A program made the translations under genes and the position numbers. This document shows, piece after piece, positions 11,746 to 25,517 of a stretch of DNA of 64,000 bases. This DNA comes from Mobula birostris (Eukaryota), in contig NC_092383.1 in assembly GCF_030028105.1 (NCBI RefSeq), positions 86,695,921-86,759,920 of the forward strand, written 5' to 3'. A model generated the notes under the pieces. That model saw only the letters and a program-made list of their open reading frames with translations, searched no databases and had not been told where the DNA came from. Numbering within the stretch: position 1 is the stretch's first letter; each line of letters opens with the position of its first letter.

Positions 11746-12082
11746 ATATAAGATGATGAGAAGTATTGATCGTGTGGATTGTCAGAGGCTTTTTCCCAGG
11801 GCTGAAATGGCTAACATGAGAGGGCATAGTTTTAAGGTGTTTGGAAGTAGGTACAGTGGGGATGTCAGGGGTAAGTTTTTGACACGGAGGGTCATGATTG
11901 CGTGGAATGGGCTGCCGGCGACAGTGGTGGAGGCGGATACGATAGGGTCTTTTAAGAGACTCCTGGGTAGGTACATGGAACTTAGGAAAATAGAGGGCTA
12001 TGGGTAACCCTAGGTAATTTCTAAAGTAAGTACATTTGGCACAGCATTGTGGGCCGAAGGTGTAGGTTTTCTATGTTTCTTT
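11746..12082 (+). mobile_element. CR1 3' end
   Basis: DRVDCQRLFPR..RGHSFKV..GDVRGKF..WNGLP; ttctatg tail. Confidence 0.9.
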
Positions 12083-13284
12083 GTATGTTACTGATTGAAG
12101 GCATGCAGCCTTTGAAAACCACACATTTGATCTGGTTGGTTTCATAAACATTTACTGGTGATACATTTCACAGAAATTTAATGGGATAATCAAATCTAAG
12201 CAGCAACATGTACAGGAAACTGTAGAAATCCATGCAGTTATATTGGACGCTGAGTGGCTGTGCCTTTATAAACCTGTTGTCTCTACTCAGGGAGTCTCCA
12301 GGAGAGAGTGCAGAAAGATCTGTCTCTAATTATCCTGGGGTGAGCAGTTTATATCTGGAGAGAAACACCAGGAGAGCTCAAAAGTACTCAGGGTTATTAG
12401 GGATGAGGACAAGCTAAGTCTAGTCTAGTGTGCCATATTATTGAGTCAGCAACACAAGGAAATAAATTTAAGATTACTAAAGTTGTGGAAGTCTATTTCT
12501 ATATTTATGTATGTAAATATGTATGCATTGACATGTGATGCAGCATGAAACAGGACTTTCTGGTCCAACAAGCCACACTGCCCAGCAAACCACCTATGTA
12601 TCACTAAGCTAATCAATTTATAATAACCAATTAATCTGCTAATCTGTATGTCTGGACTGTGGGAGGAACAGGAGCTCCTTGAGGAAATCCATGTAACTCA
12701 CAGGGAGAAGGTACAAACTCCTTAGTGATGGTTCGCAATTGAGCTCTGAACTCCGAAAGTCCCAAGCTGTGATAGTTCTAACTCAAACTGCCCAGTGCCT
12801 GATTGTAAGAAAGCAGATTATTATCTGAGTGGAAATTTGTTAGGAGAGGATCAAGTAACAAGGATTGGTATCCTTAGACAATTTAGAAATTTAGAAAGCA
12901 AGTGGTATGTTGGCACTATCAGTGATAGGATTCAAGTGCAGAAGCAGGAATGTAATGCAGTATAGTGATTAAACAGGGTTTTAAAAGGATGTCACAATGA
13001 CTGTTGTGTGCAGTTTTGATCTCCGTATTTAAGGACAATAGTTTTTGCTTTGGAGGGAGTTGTTAAATAATCTCCAGATTAGCTAATCCCTGGTATGACA
13101 TACTATATGAAGTGAGATTGGTTGAATTCAGGTTTTATGTGCTATAGTTTAGAAGACTAATTGGCAGCCTAATTTCCAGCCCACTCAGTTGGGTGTAACT
13201 CTCCCAAATATTTCCACAGGATAATATACATTTTGCTGTCCCACCAATCTCAGCACTTTTACTATATTTGTAGGCTCTCAGTGT

Positions 13285-14130
13285 TCAAAGGTTTCAAAAA
13301 TACATTTAATGTTAGAGAAATATGTACAATATACATCCTCAAATATTTTTTCTTCGCAACCATCTACGACAACAGAGGAGTGCCCCAAAGAATGAATGAT
13401 AGTTAAATGTTAGAACTCCAAAGTCCCCCCAGTAAGCAGCAGCAAGCAGCAATCCTCCCTCTCCCCACCTGCAAAAAAAGCATCGGCACCCACCACTGAG
13501 CACTCAAGCATGAGCAAAGCAATGGCAAAGAGACTGACTTGTAGTTACCCCAAAGACTTCACATTTCACCTGGTATTCGACATACCACAGGCTCTCTCTC
13601 TCTCCCTAATAAGGGAGAAAGAGGTGATTCTGTTTTCACAGGGAGTGGGAAGGCATAACAAACAACTCGCTGGTTTATGATGTTAAAGGTCCGCCATGTC
13701 GCTTTTTTCAAGCTCTGTGCCCAAAGATCACGAGTCTCTGGGCACACAGCCGCAGATAGTCTGACTCCCCCAGTGACACACGGGTCTCCTGCCATGATAC
13801 TGACCCTCGATCCACCAGACTCCAGAGCCCTGGCATCCCAGGTTCCAAACCCGAGCCAGACTCTTAGGTCCAGCCCTTGCCGTGCCAAACAACGTCCAGT
13901 CATGAAACCCCGAGCGCGGGTCCCATTTCCGTAAGGAACGTAGTCAGCATGTAACTCCAGGTCAGGGTCTTCAAAAGAACCCTGAAAGGAAAAAATAAAG
14001 GTATTAAAGATGGAAATAGGGCTGTTTCCGAAGATAGAAGCAAAGGAGTCGCTGTTTAGCACCATCATCGCTCCGCCCCACCTCAAATATGTGAAGGACA
14101 CATAACGAATCAGTGAACGTGACTGAAACA
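13285..14130 (-). repeat. CpG-rich retroposon 3' region, family not assigned
   Basis: Minus-strand (ctttgaa)-type tail at the left end and repeat-like content; the 190-aa ORF has no recognisable motif. Confidence 0.4.
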
Positions 14131-14306
14131 TGAGTGTGGGCAGTGTCTCTCATTTGCAGGAACAGACACGCTGTCACTGATAAGACTTCACCACATCCAT
14201 GAAAACACTCAGCTCCTTACTCAATGGAAGAACTTTCATCTAGCGATTGTGCTTGACTGTGAGTGAAAAGCGGGTGAAACTAAATTTTATTTCCTTGCCT
14301 CAACAG

Positions 14307-14358
14307 GACGTAATTATTCTTGTGAAACTATAGGAATACATTCCATTGCTTCCCTGAG
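14307..14358 (+). CDS. Gene A exon: short stalk (GRNYSCETIGIHSIASLR)
   Basis: Acceptor aaattttatttccttgcctcaacag closely matches the gene B stalk acceptor (gaattttatttccttgtctccacag). Shares the YxCE motif; AG|gtaaat donor; phase 1-2 joins the C2 and TM exons in frame. Confidence 0.85.
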
Positions 14359-15808
14359 GTAAATCACTCAATCAGTTTCCAGTGAAAAGCACAATGTTCC
14401 CATTGCCGATGATTTGAGATGTTCCACTTCAGATTGGTGCAGATTGTAGACAGAATTCCTTTTCATATGCTAGCACGAAATGTCTGTGAGGTTATTGACT
14501 TCAATCAAATCGACTCTGGGAGCCAAGAATACCTGGTGCTCCCATGCATGCTTAAAGCTGGAGTTCCAAGGTAAATTTATTTTTGAATAGCACAAGAATA
14601 AAAAGAGATATTTGTTTGCATTGGAACGCAGTTCATTAAGATGAAAATGTCACTGAGGTTATCTCACGCTGCATGCTTAGGCCCCCTTCAGGCCTTTTCC
14701 TATCTTTGCTTGTCTATCTCTCATTCTAACCCTCAGTTCTCTTCTCCCTCAGAATCTATTTTAAGCATCCCTAGAGGTACGACATAAAAAGTGTGCTCAC
14801 ATGTCTCTGTGGGGATGACCTGCGCATTCTCAGAAATCTTCCTAAAGGGATAATTCTTCTGATTTCAATTGGATATGTCAGAGACTAGCTTTTATTGGCA
14901 ATTTCTTGATATGCTCTTTCCATAACAAGAGGTGGTCCCTTGTTATCCATTCTGTTAAAACTTTTAAGGGAAGGTGGTTACAAATGGCCATATCTCAGTG
15001 TACAGGAAGGAGAAAGAGTATCTCGTGATGAGTTGTTATAACAACAACCATTTCCTCACTGTCAGCAAAACAAAGGAGCTTGTGATAGACCTGTGCACGT
15101 GACCCTGTCTTCATCGGCAGTGCTCAGGTTGACAGGGTTGAGAGCTTCAAGATCCTAGGGGTGAACATTACCAATAACATGACTGGTCCGACCATATAGA
15201 AGCTTTGCGCCAATTGGAAAATTATTCTTTATTAACATTATTACATATTCAAATATTAGTGTATCTATTGCATTCTGTTGAACCTAGTCCACACACCAAC
15301 CACTGTAACCCAAGCCATAATGGGTTTAATAAAGTAGCTCGTGGTTATTTTCCCATTTTAAAAATCATTGCCCTTGTTTCTATGCCTTCGCATCTCATCC
15401 TCCTGAATCCTCTGTAGTTGCTCATATCCGTCCATGTAGATTCCATTGTCTCCTTCAGAGCTGTATCCATTTTTCCAATGACGTCATGTTGTTCCCAGCG
15501 CAGTCATTATTTCACCTCGCCAGTTCTCTCTCTGTCTTTTCTAAGTCCATTTCACACTGCAGTGACTAATTCCCAGATCCAATTTATCTGTAGCCATGTA
15601 CCAGTAGCTAGGTCTGTAAATGATGACCCCAGGTTTTCCCTGTCTCCCTCAGTCAACAAGACTTTAGTCTCGTAGCCGAACTCTGTTGTCTCTGTTGCTT
15701 TACCTTGCTTCACTCCACTAGGATTACAGAGCAAAACTGGGGGTGAGTGTATCAAACACAAAGCCAGCTCGTTTCTCCCCACTCCTGTATCTCTTCTCCT
15801 TTGCTCAG

Positions 15809-15881
15809 ATACACAGTATGGAAGCTGGGGCGCTGGCTGCTCTTTATTCTGATGGTTATCTTCACTATTTCAATCAAATAG
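15809..15881 (+). CDS. Gene A exon: transmembrane segment with basic residues, ending in TAG (YTVWKLGRWLLFILMVIFTISIK*)
   Basis: Polypyrimidine tract plus ctcag acceptor; phase-2 start as in the gene B TM exon; hydrophobic run; TAG at 15879-15881; AAG|gtaggt donor 18 nt further on. Confidence 0.8.
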
Positions 15882-17154
15882 TTCAAGCAAGAAACTAAGG
15901 TAGGTTTGATGGACATCTGAAGATTGTGCCCAAATAGTTTCCATGAATGCTTTCAAATATACAGGTCACTGAAAGGCCAAAAATACTGTCTGTATGGAGT
16001 ACTTTACATCCTCTGACCAAACCAAACCTCTGTTCAAAGTCCAAGATTCAAGGTAAATTTCATTATCAAAGTACATATATGACACCCTGAGATTCATTTT
16101 CTTGTCATAATCAACAAGTCTATGGAAGAGTAACTATAAGAAGATTAATGAAAGATCAACCAGAGTGCAGAAGACAACAAACTGTGCAAATGCAAGAATA
16201 AATAAATGGCAATAAATAATGAGAACATGAATTCAAGAGTCCTTGAAAATGAGTCCGTTGGTTGTGGGAACATTTCAGTGGTGGGGCAAGTGAATCTGGT
16301 AGTGTGCTTGAACCTGGTGGTGTGAGTCCTGAGGTTCTATGCAGCTGCTTTCAGTAAGTTTTGACACATTGTGTGCAGAAGGGACTGGAGAGCTTGACAT
16401 CAAATCAAATCCAGTTTAATTATCATTTAAACCATGCATAGGCACAGCTGAACGAGACAGTGTTAATCTGGGGCTAAGGTGCAAAACGTTCAAAATAGCA
16501 AGCAAACTTGAAAATAGCGAGTAACATAATTCAATGTGAATATGGAGTCCTTGTGTCAGTGTGAGACAGAATTCTGTTGTGAGCAGCCATTTGGAATAAA
16601 CCAGATTCCCATTTTCAAAGTATTTGATGACTTCATCATTGTCTTCTGCAGAAATGCGATGACTGAAATTTGCACTGCTTATACCTTTGTGAAGAATCCT
16701 TGAAGCTGACAAATGTGATGGAATTCTGCTTCAAGATCAGATGTTTTCTCCTAGCTTTGAACAGCTCGTATTGACTGTTCTGTGTATATGCCTTACGTCA
16801 CTATACCAGTGACTTAATGAAACTGGAACCAAGCAAAACAAACTAATCATCCTTCAAAGTGACATTTTTGTTTCCATAATTCTATTTTTAAAACTTTCCC
16901 TTCTTTGTACTGAACATAGTTTGACCTTTCCCAATGCTTGAGAATCTTCAACTCTGTTAGATAGAGAGTTGTCAATTCAAATTTTAGCCGTAGATATTGC
17001 TTATTATACTAATCTGCAAATAATAATGAATTAAATGCTTCTTAATTCATTGCTGGTGTTAATGAGTGGTTATATGTTTTTTTCTCATCTGACTTAAGTC
17101 ATGGAGAACAGATTGCATTTTGGTTCCTGGATTTGTCTCAGTGTCAATGGTTAT

Positions 17155-17450
17155 TTACTTACTGCCCGTTATGCCGGTGCTTAGAGCATCAATGAAGGTC
17201 CTCCATCTCCGTCTGTCCTAGGCCACCTTCTCTATTGTATCTCAGATTTGGTTCAAGGGTCCTCATTTTTGCCTCTATGGTATGGTGCCAAGTAGTATTT
17301 GGCCTCCCGCATTTCCTCAGCCCTTCAGGTGTCCTCTGAAGTGCTGTCTTGGAGAATGGAATTGACCACTCTTCTCACTATGTGCCCAAATCATCTGCAA
17401 CATTTACTCATGATGACTGAGGCCACGTCCTCTTGATAACACTGATGGAG
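17155..17450 (-). mobile_element. RTE-clade LINE 3' fragment
   Basis: Minus strand gives WLGHIVRR...G(RRK)RGRP.TTW-like remnants and a taagtaa tail. Confidence 0.55.
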
Positions 17451-18454
17451 TATGGGAAACAATTAATCCTTCAGGCCATGAGATTACACGAGAACAATTA
17501 TTGAAGATGGATATGGACCTGAAGCATTGGATTTGTTTTTCTTTACGCGGATGCTGCCTGACCCACTAAAGAATTTTCATCATCGGCTATTTTTGTTTTG
17601 GATATTCAGCATTTTTGCTTCTCTGTTAGAAAGATGAATAAATGGCAATGCTGCAATGATACAATCAACTCAAGCTCAGTTCTCGTCACTATGTAAAAGC
17701 CTTAAAGGCTAATGAACAATGGTAAGAAAAGACGGGTGCTGGATTAAATGAGTGAGTTGCAGCATGAAATGGTGGGTGGTGAAGCGTGTGAAAATGCTTG
17801 TAGTTGGTGTTACTTTATTCACTGCTGTTGTGTGATAGAAACCCATGAACATACAATAACACTTGGAACTACTGTGTGAAGAAGTTGTTTGCAAATGGGA
17901 CAAAGTGAACTACATAGACAGTACAGGAGTCTCTGCTATTTGGTGCTGCAGGAGTGGGATGTGGAATTTTACACTCACTCTCAACACTGTTATTATCACA
18001 ATACTATTCACTGCTTGGATGAGTGCAGCTCCACAAAAACACTCACAAAGTCCGATGTCTTCCTGGGTAAATTACCGAGGGTGTTCACCTGGAATTCTCT
18101 AACAGCATCTCCAAGTTGAAGGTCTACAGCAGTGACTAATGGCAATGTCCTGAGTAACATGCCACTTGACAGTGGAAATATTTAGCAGTTTGTTCATTAT
18201 TGCTCGCTGTGAATCTTGGATATTATTCATGAAGTAATAATGTGGCTGATCTTAAGGGCTGCCTGGCTTGAACCTTAACCAACAATAACATATGAAAAGA
18301 GGAGGAGAAATGGGACAGCAGACACTTCAGATTTCAAAGTCAATGTCAAAGTTGAATTTACTGTCATATGCACGATTACATGTATGTGCAGATGCAATGC
18401 AAATCTTACTTGCAGGGGCACCATAAGCAAATAACATCAGAGTAGGTAGATAAA

Positions 18455-19275
18455 TCACCTGGACCAGATAGTCTACACTCCAGGGTTCTGAAAGGGGTGG
18501 CTGAAGAGATTGTGGAGGCTTTAGTAATGATCTTTCAAGAGTCAATAGACTCTGGCATGGTTCCGGAGGACTGGAAAATTGCAAATGTCAAGAAGGGAGG
18601 GAGGCAGAAGAAAGGAAATTATAGACCAGTTAGTCTGAGCTCAATAATTGGGAAGATGTTGGAGTCAATTATTAAGGTTGTGGTTTCAAGGCACTTGGAG
18701 GCACATGATAAAACAGGCCATAATAAGCATGGTTTCCTTAAGGGAAAAACTTGTCTCATAATTTTTTTTGGAATTCTTTGAAGAAATAGCAAGCAGGATA
18801 GACAAAGGAGAATTGGTGGCTGTTGTGAACTTGGATTTTCAGAAGGCCTTTGACAAGGAGCCACACATGAGGCTGCTTAACAGATCAAGAGCACATGGTA
18901 TTGCAGGAAAGATCCTAGCATTGATAGAGCATTGGTTGTTTGGTAGGAGGCAAAGAGTGGGAATAAAGGGAGGCTCTTCCAGCTGGCTACTGATGGTGTT
19001 CCACAGTGGTCTGTGTTGGGACCACTTGTTATGTTATATATCAATGATTTGGATAATGGAATTCATGGCTTCGTGGCCAAGTTTGAGGATGATATGGAGA
19101 GAGGTGAATGGGCAGGTAGTTTTGAGGAAGTAGAGAGGCTACAGAAGAGCTTAAATAGATTATGAGAATGGGAAAAGAAGTGGTAGATGGAACTCAGTGT
19201 CGTAAAGTGCACGTTCATGCACGTTGGTCGAAGAAATAAAAGCATGCACTATTTTCTAAATGGAGAGAAACTTCA
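18455..19275 (+). mobile_element. CR1 RT fragment
   Basis: VPEDWKIANV, NYRPVSL, HGFLKGK and LDFQKAFDK motifs. Confidence 0.9.
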
Positions 19276-19467
19276 AAGATCTTTTCCTAGTAATCTTCAG
19301 ACCTGCTACTTCTTCTGGAAAATGAGTCTAAACACCTTTTCTTATCTACAATTGGATAATTTGTTTTTGTATTTTGCATGAGAAAGGAAAGTCTAAATGA
19401 TCAATGACTGCTAATGCAAACTATAATGCTTTATTTCAGGTTTACATAACATTAAATAACAAAACTC

Positions 19468-20103
19468 TTAAGACCATAAGACATAAGACAAAGGAGCAGA
19501 AGTCGGCCTTTCGGCCCATCGAGTCTGCTCCGCCATTTTATCATGAGCTGATCCATTCTCCCATTTAGTCCCACTCCCCCGCCCTCTCACCATAACCTTT
19601 GATGCCCTGGCTACTCAGATACCTATGAATCTCTGCCTTAAATACACCCAATGACCTGGCCTCCACTGCTGCCCGTGGCAACAAATTCCATAGATTCATC
19701 ACCCTATGACTAAAAAAATTTCTTCGCATTTCTGTTCTGAATGGGTGCCCTTCAATCCTTAAGTCATGCCCTCTCGTACTAGACTCCCCCATCATGGGAA
19801 ACAACTTTGCCACATCCACTCTGTCCATGCCTTTCAACATTCGAAATGTTTCTATGAGGTCTCCCCTCATTCTTCTAAACTCTAAGGAATACAGTCCAAG
19901 AGCGGACAAATGTTCCTCATACATTAACCCTCTCATTCCCGGAATCATTCTAGCGAATCTTCTCTGTACCCTCTCCAACGTCAGCACATCCTTTCTTAAA
20001 TAAGTTGACCAAAACTGCCCACCGTACTCCAAGTGAGGTCTCACCAGCGCCTTATAGAGCCTCAACATCACATCCCTGCTCCTATACTCTATTCCTCTTG
20101 ATG
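19468..20103 (-). mobile_element. Young CR1 3' portion
   Basis: 185-aa open segment LYKALVRPHLEY...WNLLP; (tcttatg)n tail. Confidence 0.92.
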
Positions 20104-20904
20104 AATTTAAGCTCCTTTCCATTTAAGCTCAAGTTCAGGTTTATTCTCATTCAACTACATGCATATATATGGCTAAATAAAACATCGTTTTACTGGGGAC
20201 AAAGTGCAAAACACAGTACATATAGTCACACACAGCAGATATAGTTTTGATTCGCCATATACAATCATAAAATAATATTAGTAGAAGTCCCTGAGTAGCA
20301 TGGCCTGAATATTGACAGGTTGACATAAAGTGTGAGGTGCATGCTTATGCAGGACAGTACAATGTCGCTGGCACTATTATAATAAAACAAGCAGATGTAT
20401 AAATATTTGAAGCAGCAGCAATAAAAGGTGAAAAGTGACAAGTGCAGGATGAGAGTGTGTCTGTGAGATGGGGAATGGGGAGGCATTTATGTAATTTGAA
20501 TGCCCACTGTAATCAGCACACTTGAATAAACATCTAGATAATGGGGAACTGCACTGCAAGAGCTGGTGCGTTAGGAAACAGCAATAAATACCACTTCTTC
20601 AAATATGAAAGGAAATTAAACCAGATGATTCCTGTTGTTCTCTCCTGTGTCAAGGCCTAAAGTCAGTGCTGAACCCAACATAGGACTTCAGCCATTGGAA
20701 GCATTTAATAGGTAGTCACAACTTAACCCCATTATCAACCCCGGCTATAACAGCCTTACGGAACCATGTATACAGTATCCATACTTTGATAATAAATATA
20801 CTTTGACTTTGAGTTTGAGTTTCCTAGGGCAATTATTATCTAAGGCGTAAAGAGGATTGTTTCATATTGCTTTAAATGGGGACTTGTTTCCTTATACAAG
20901 TATT

Positions 20905-21520
20905 AGTCCATGAGACCATAAGACATAAATGCAGGATTAGGCCATTCAGCCTATCGAGTCTGCTCTGCCATTCCATCACGGCTGATCCCAGATCTCGCTC
21001 AACCCTATACACCTGCCTTCTCGCCATACCCTCATAATCTAATCTAATATCCTTTGATGCCCTGACCAATCAGGAAATAATCAACTTCTGCCTTAAATAT
21101 ACCCACAGACTTGGCCTCCACTGCAGTCTGTAGCAGGGCATTCCACAGATTTACTACTCTCTGGCTAAAAAACCTCTGTTCTAAAGGGTAACCCATCAGT
21201 TCTGAGGCTGTGCCCTTTAGTTCTGGATGCGTCCACCATAGGAAATAACTTTTCCACATCCACCCTATTTAGTCCTTTCAAGATCATGTGGGTTTCAAAG
21301 AGATTCCCCTGCATTCTTCTAAATTCCAGTAAGTACAAGCTCAAAGCTGCAAAACGCTCCTCATATGTTAACCACTTCATTCCCAGAATCATCCTCATGA
21401 ACCTCCTCTGGACTCTCTCAGTGGCAACACACCCCTTCTGAGATATGGGGGCCAAAACTGTTGACAATACTCCAAGTGCAGCCTGACCAGTGTCTTATAA
21501 AGGCTCAGCATAATCTCCAG
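20905..21520 (-). mobile_element. CR1 3' portion
   Basis: ERVQRRFMRMILGM...QRVVNLWNAL. Confidence 0.88.
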
Positions 21521-21904
21521 TGTTAGCAGTATGGGTGGAGCAGAAGACTTTGGTGGGAGTTGTCATAAAGTCATACAACCATGAAGAGATAAATCACAGC
21601 CCACCGAGTCCATGGACTAGGATCTATTACTCATTTGTAAAGAAGGTGCAGTTGAAACTAGACAGTAATTTACCAAGATTCACATTTTTGAGATGTGCAT
21701 GGAAATTGAGTCAAGTGGAAGAAACCCAGGAGAACAGTACTATATTCACTTTTATACAGTTACAGACTTGTCCCACCAGCACTTCTGAAGTTCAGAGTTC
21801 AATTCTGCTGCCATTCTGTAAGGAGAATCTGTACGTCCTCTCCATGGATTTCAGGGATTTTCTCCAGGTTCTCTGGTTTTGTCCCACAGTCCAAAGATGT
21901 ACCA

Positions 21905-22250
21905 TGACCATTCACAATTAAGTGCCATGTTGGATGACATAGGTGATCATGGTCAGCAAGGTGACCATGACTGTTGTTGGCGAATTCTTCCACAGAAGTG
22001 GTTTACCATTGCCTTCTTCTGGGCAGTGTCTTTACAAGACAGGCGACCCCAACCATTATTAATGCTCTACAGAGACTGTCTACTTGGTGTCAGGGGTCAC
22101 ATTACCAGGACTTGTGATATGCACCAGCTGCTTATACGACCAACCAGCACCTGTTCCCATGGCTTCATTTGACCCTGATCGTGGGGCTAAGCAAGTGCTA
22201 CGCTTTGCCCCAGGGTGACCTGCAGGCTAGTGGATGGAAGGAGCACCTTG
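21905..22250 (-). mobile_element. SINE with RTE/Bov-A-like 3' segment; second copy at 42040-42418 (-)
   Basis: Two homologous copies; minus strand AGAAGGCAATG(G/A)(T/C)AAACCACT resembles the RTE/BovB-derived tail. Confidence 0.6.
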
Positions 22251-23234
22251 AGAATGGGAAGGGTGGAGTGTTGTAGGAGGGCTGTGGGACAAATGGAGTG
22301 CCAGGGGTGGGGAGTTGGCGCAGATGCAGACACACCAGGCCCTGAGATACCAGGCAAGGTCACTTGATTCCAAACAATTGGTTTATTGAACATTACAGAA
22401 TGTTTCTCTATTTTTTTCCCATTCCTGACACACTCCCTTCCCCCTTTTCCCAAACATGATTTCCCTCTCCCTGACCCCTTCCCACTCTCAGTCTACAACA
22501 GAGACCCATATCAGAACCAGGTTTATCATCACTCACATATGTCACAATTTTTTTTGGTAGGAATACAGTGCAATACATAAAATTATGACAGCACTGTTCT
22601 AATGTGTTAGGCACTCTAGATATATACATGTGCCTAAGATTTTATACATAGTACTGTCAATTTAAAATTACTTTGAAATTTAGAATGCCACCTTACCATT
22701 ATTTTATGGGGAAACTGGGGTGTTTAAGTGGTTTTAAATCTGATCAAAAGAATCGACTGTGCAAACTGTGAGTGGTTTTAGTAGCTACTCACGGAGCAGA
22801 ATGAAAACTCTAACGCTTTTATTCAAAGCGAGAATGGTGATTTTGGAACATCCTGAGCAGTTAGTTGAACAGGACACTTTGATAATAACTCTATTTTGGA
22901 CTTTGAACAGAGATGCAGGAGGAGCCCTTGTTTAGTGTCGCACCCAGATTCCGGCATTTCTGACAGTGACACACTCCTTCAGTCTACATTGGAATGTCCT
23001 GTTGGACTATGTGTTAAAGTGCTGGAGTTAGGTGTCCATCCATGACTTTATTATCTGAAGTTGAGAGGAAGATGAGAAGCTCAAAACGACTGCTGAGGGT
23101 ATTTATAATGTGAAAGTGGTGTGATGCGGCTATTGCAAGGTTTAAATCTGAAAGCCTGACTTTTTGTCATGTCAATTGTCTGCAATTCCTGATGAAGGGT
23201 AACTGCAAGTGGCTCATATTGGAAGGAAGTACTG

Positions 23235-23570
23235 AGAAACTACATTAAGAAGAGGCAACATCAATCATTAAGGACCCTCACCATCCAGGACATGCCCTCT
23301 TCTCATTGCTATCATCAAGGAGGATGTATAGGAGCCGAAAGAAACACACTCAACATTTTAGGAACAGTTTCTTCCCCTCTGCCATCAGATGAACCCATGA
23401 ACACTGCCTCGCTATTTTACTTTCTTTTTGCACTATGTACTCACTTTCTATATATTTCTTATTGTGATTTATTGTAATTTTTATGCATTGCACTCTACTG
23501 CAGCTGCAAAACAACAAATATCATGACATATGTCAGTAGTAATAAACCTTATTATGATTCTGATTTGGAT
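23235..23570 (+). mobile_element. Rex1/Babar 3' end, in the gene B 3' region
   Basis: KKATSIIKDPHHPGHALFS..PSRRMYRS motif. Confidence 0.75.
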
Positions 23571-23681
23571 TTGAAAATCTGTATCTGGGCAGCTTATGAC
23601 TGAGGAATCTCAATAAAGCAGTGGATCTCAACACAAAGCTGGAGTAGTAACAACCATGTCCAAGCATGTACAGTCGATCTC

Positions 23682-23963
23682 CTAAGGAGCAATACTGGCA
23701 TAAATTGTCTTAGTAGAGTCCTCTGGCATGCTAGGAGACAGATGTTTTCTGCTGACCTTTGGGGGGTTGTTTATAAATTTAACATCTGTGTAGATGACAT
23801 TACTCTCTCCATTAACAGAGGGATCTGCTGTTGATTTCCTTTGAAATTCCATTGTTGCATCCATGGCCCCATTTTCTTCGTTAGCCATCTGGGCAGGAGC
23901 CTTGTCGCTTTGAATCTCCAGCACTGTCGCATAAGCATTTTGCTCTACAGATGTTGTTGTTTC
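23682..23963 (-). CDS. Gene B terminal exon: cytoplasmic tail with ITIM/ITSM motifs
   Basis: ttcattctttag|GAA acceptor, phase 0. ETTTSVEQNAYATV...VIYTDV...TIYASIAP*. Confidence 0.88.
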   Translation of the reverse strand, partial: ETTTSVEQNAYATVLEIQSDKAPAQMANEENGAMDATMEFQRKSTADPSVNGESNVIYTDVKFINNPPKVSRKHLSPSMPEDSTKTIYASIAP

Positions 23964-24054
23964 CTAAAGAATGAAAAATGCAAAGACCAGTTTATGTCTG
24001 ATGGATATGAAAGGTGCTGAGCAGAAGTCTATGACTAAGCAGCTCTCAAACAGT

Positions 24055-24715
24055 TCTTTTTTTAAACAAGGTAAACTTTATTCATAATAAAAAAAACTTA
24101 CAAGAATAAACCGTGCATCACCTTTTCATTGTTTACATTCTCAAAGTTGATGCTTAAGATACTGTTCTATTATTTTCCTACTTATCAATCAATAGCACTG
24201 CTGCCTCTCATTTGGCCCCCTGAGGTGGTACCCTATTACATAATTGAAAGGCTTCCTCCACTAACCCAACCCGCCCTTTCCAGTAAGAGATGAAATCTAC
24301 ACTGTGGTCTTTCCCCATCAAACCTTCGCAGTGGCTGCACCAAGCTTTTGTGATTCCTACAGTCCATAATCCTCCATCTTGGAATGTGACAGTCGGTAGC
24401 ATTCCCTTATAGACATCTCGATGTGCTGGCAGAACAACAGGCTTCAGGCAGACCAAAGGATGTCTTCACCAAGTTGATGATCTGCCAGCAGCACTTGATG
24501 TCCATCTCCGTGTGTGCCCCTGCGGACTGCCCGTAGGTCAGAGAATCTTCTGTCACGCAGCTGCTCGGGATAAACTGCAACACAGGCACTTGCATCTTTC
24601 CCCCACACCCTCTTTGCAAACCCACCGTTCGTGTTGAGGTGAGCTACTGTCTCTTCCCCATAATAGTCATTCTGCGGACTCAAAAAACCCTAGCCAATTT
24701 TTGCAGTGAATGATC
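24055..24715 (-). mobile_element. Tx1/L1-clade LINE 3' fragment
   Basis: CPQ..YGEETVAHL...FAKRVW zinc-knuckle remnant and poly(T) on the plus strand. Confidence 0.7.
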
Positions 24716-25517
24716 TGCTAAAGACCTCACAGGTTGAGCAGCATCTATGGTTGGGTGGGGGGGTGGGAGGAATTTTAGCATTTCAGATTGAAAACCAGTA
24801 TCAGAATTGGTTTTATATGTCTGTCTGGTGTTTGAACATAATTTATTCACTTGTGTTAAGCCTTGCTATTGTTTTCCCCATGTGCTTACACACTTTCCTT
24901 TACGATACCTGATTCACTTCACTTACCTCCAGCAGTGACTAACTCTGGAATGTCATCATGATCAGTCTACGTATATAGGCTAATCTAATGTAATTATATT
25001 TATTGTGTTTTTTTTAAAGTTTAGTTCTTTATGGTTATTGTGTTTTTTATGTTACATCATATCCGGAATACCATCATTTTGTTCTCCTTTACACCTCTCT
25101 ACTGAAGAATGACAATAAACAAAGTGAACCTTGAATAATCTGCAAATGGAATTTAATCTAGAATTCTTGATGGGGTGGGTCCATTATTAATTGCCTTATA
25201 CATATAGCTTTACATTTGCTCTCCCCTTCTAGTGGAAACATCTTCACCTCACTGTAAATAGTCTGACAACCTTGTAACAACTTCTATCAAGTCACCACTG
25301 CCCCTGCCCCAACTCTGCTTTGCTTTTCATTTTTTTTATTAAGCTTCATCTCCTTAAATGTGACTATAAAACTCTAATTTTCTAGCGTGAATGATAACAG
25401 CTAATGATTCTAAATCAACACTGGCTATATGTAAACGTACAAGAACCACAGTAAGTTCAATACAAGTAAAACTATTCTAAATACTTCACGGTGGCATCAT
25501 TAGAGAGATACTTTCGA

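Noticed and set aside
12291-12339. Candidate gene A stalk exon (phase 1-2)
   Set aside because: No homology to the gene B stalk; 14307-14358 matches in acceptor sequence and YxCE motif.
13559-14131. 190-aa ORF as a host gene
   Set aside because: It lies in a CpG-rich repeat with a retroposon-type tail and has no splice context or domain motif.
14160-14258. Open phase 1-1 candidate exon upstream of the gene A stalk
   Set aside because: No paralogous counterpart and no recognisable protein features; probably chance, though RNA-seq could test it.
17889-18119. Cys/His-rich ORF or exon after the gene A TM
   Set aside because: Weak acceptor, lies downstream of the stop codon, and has no family motif.
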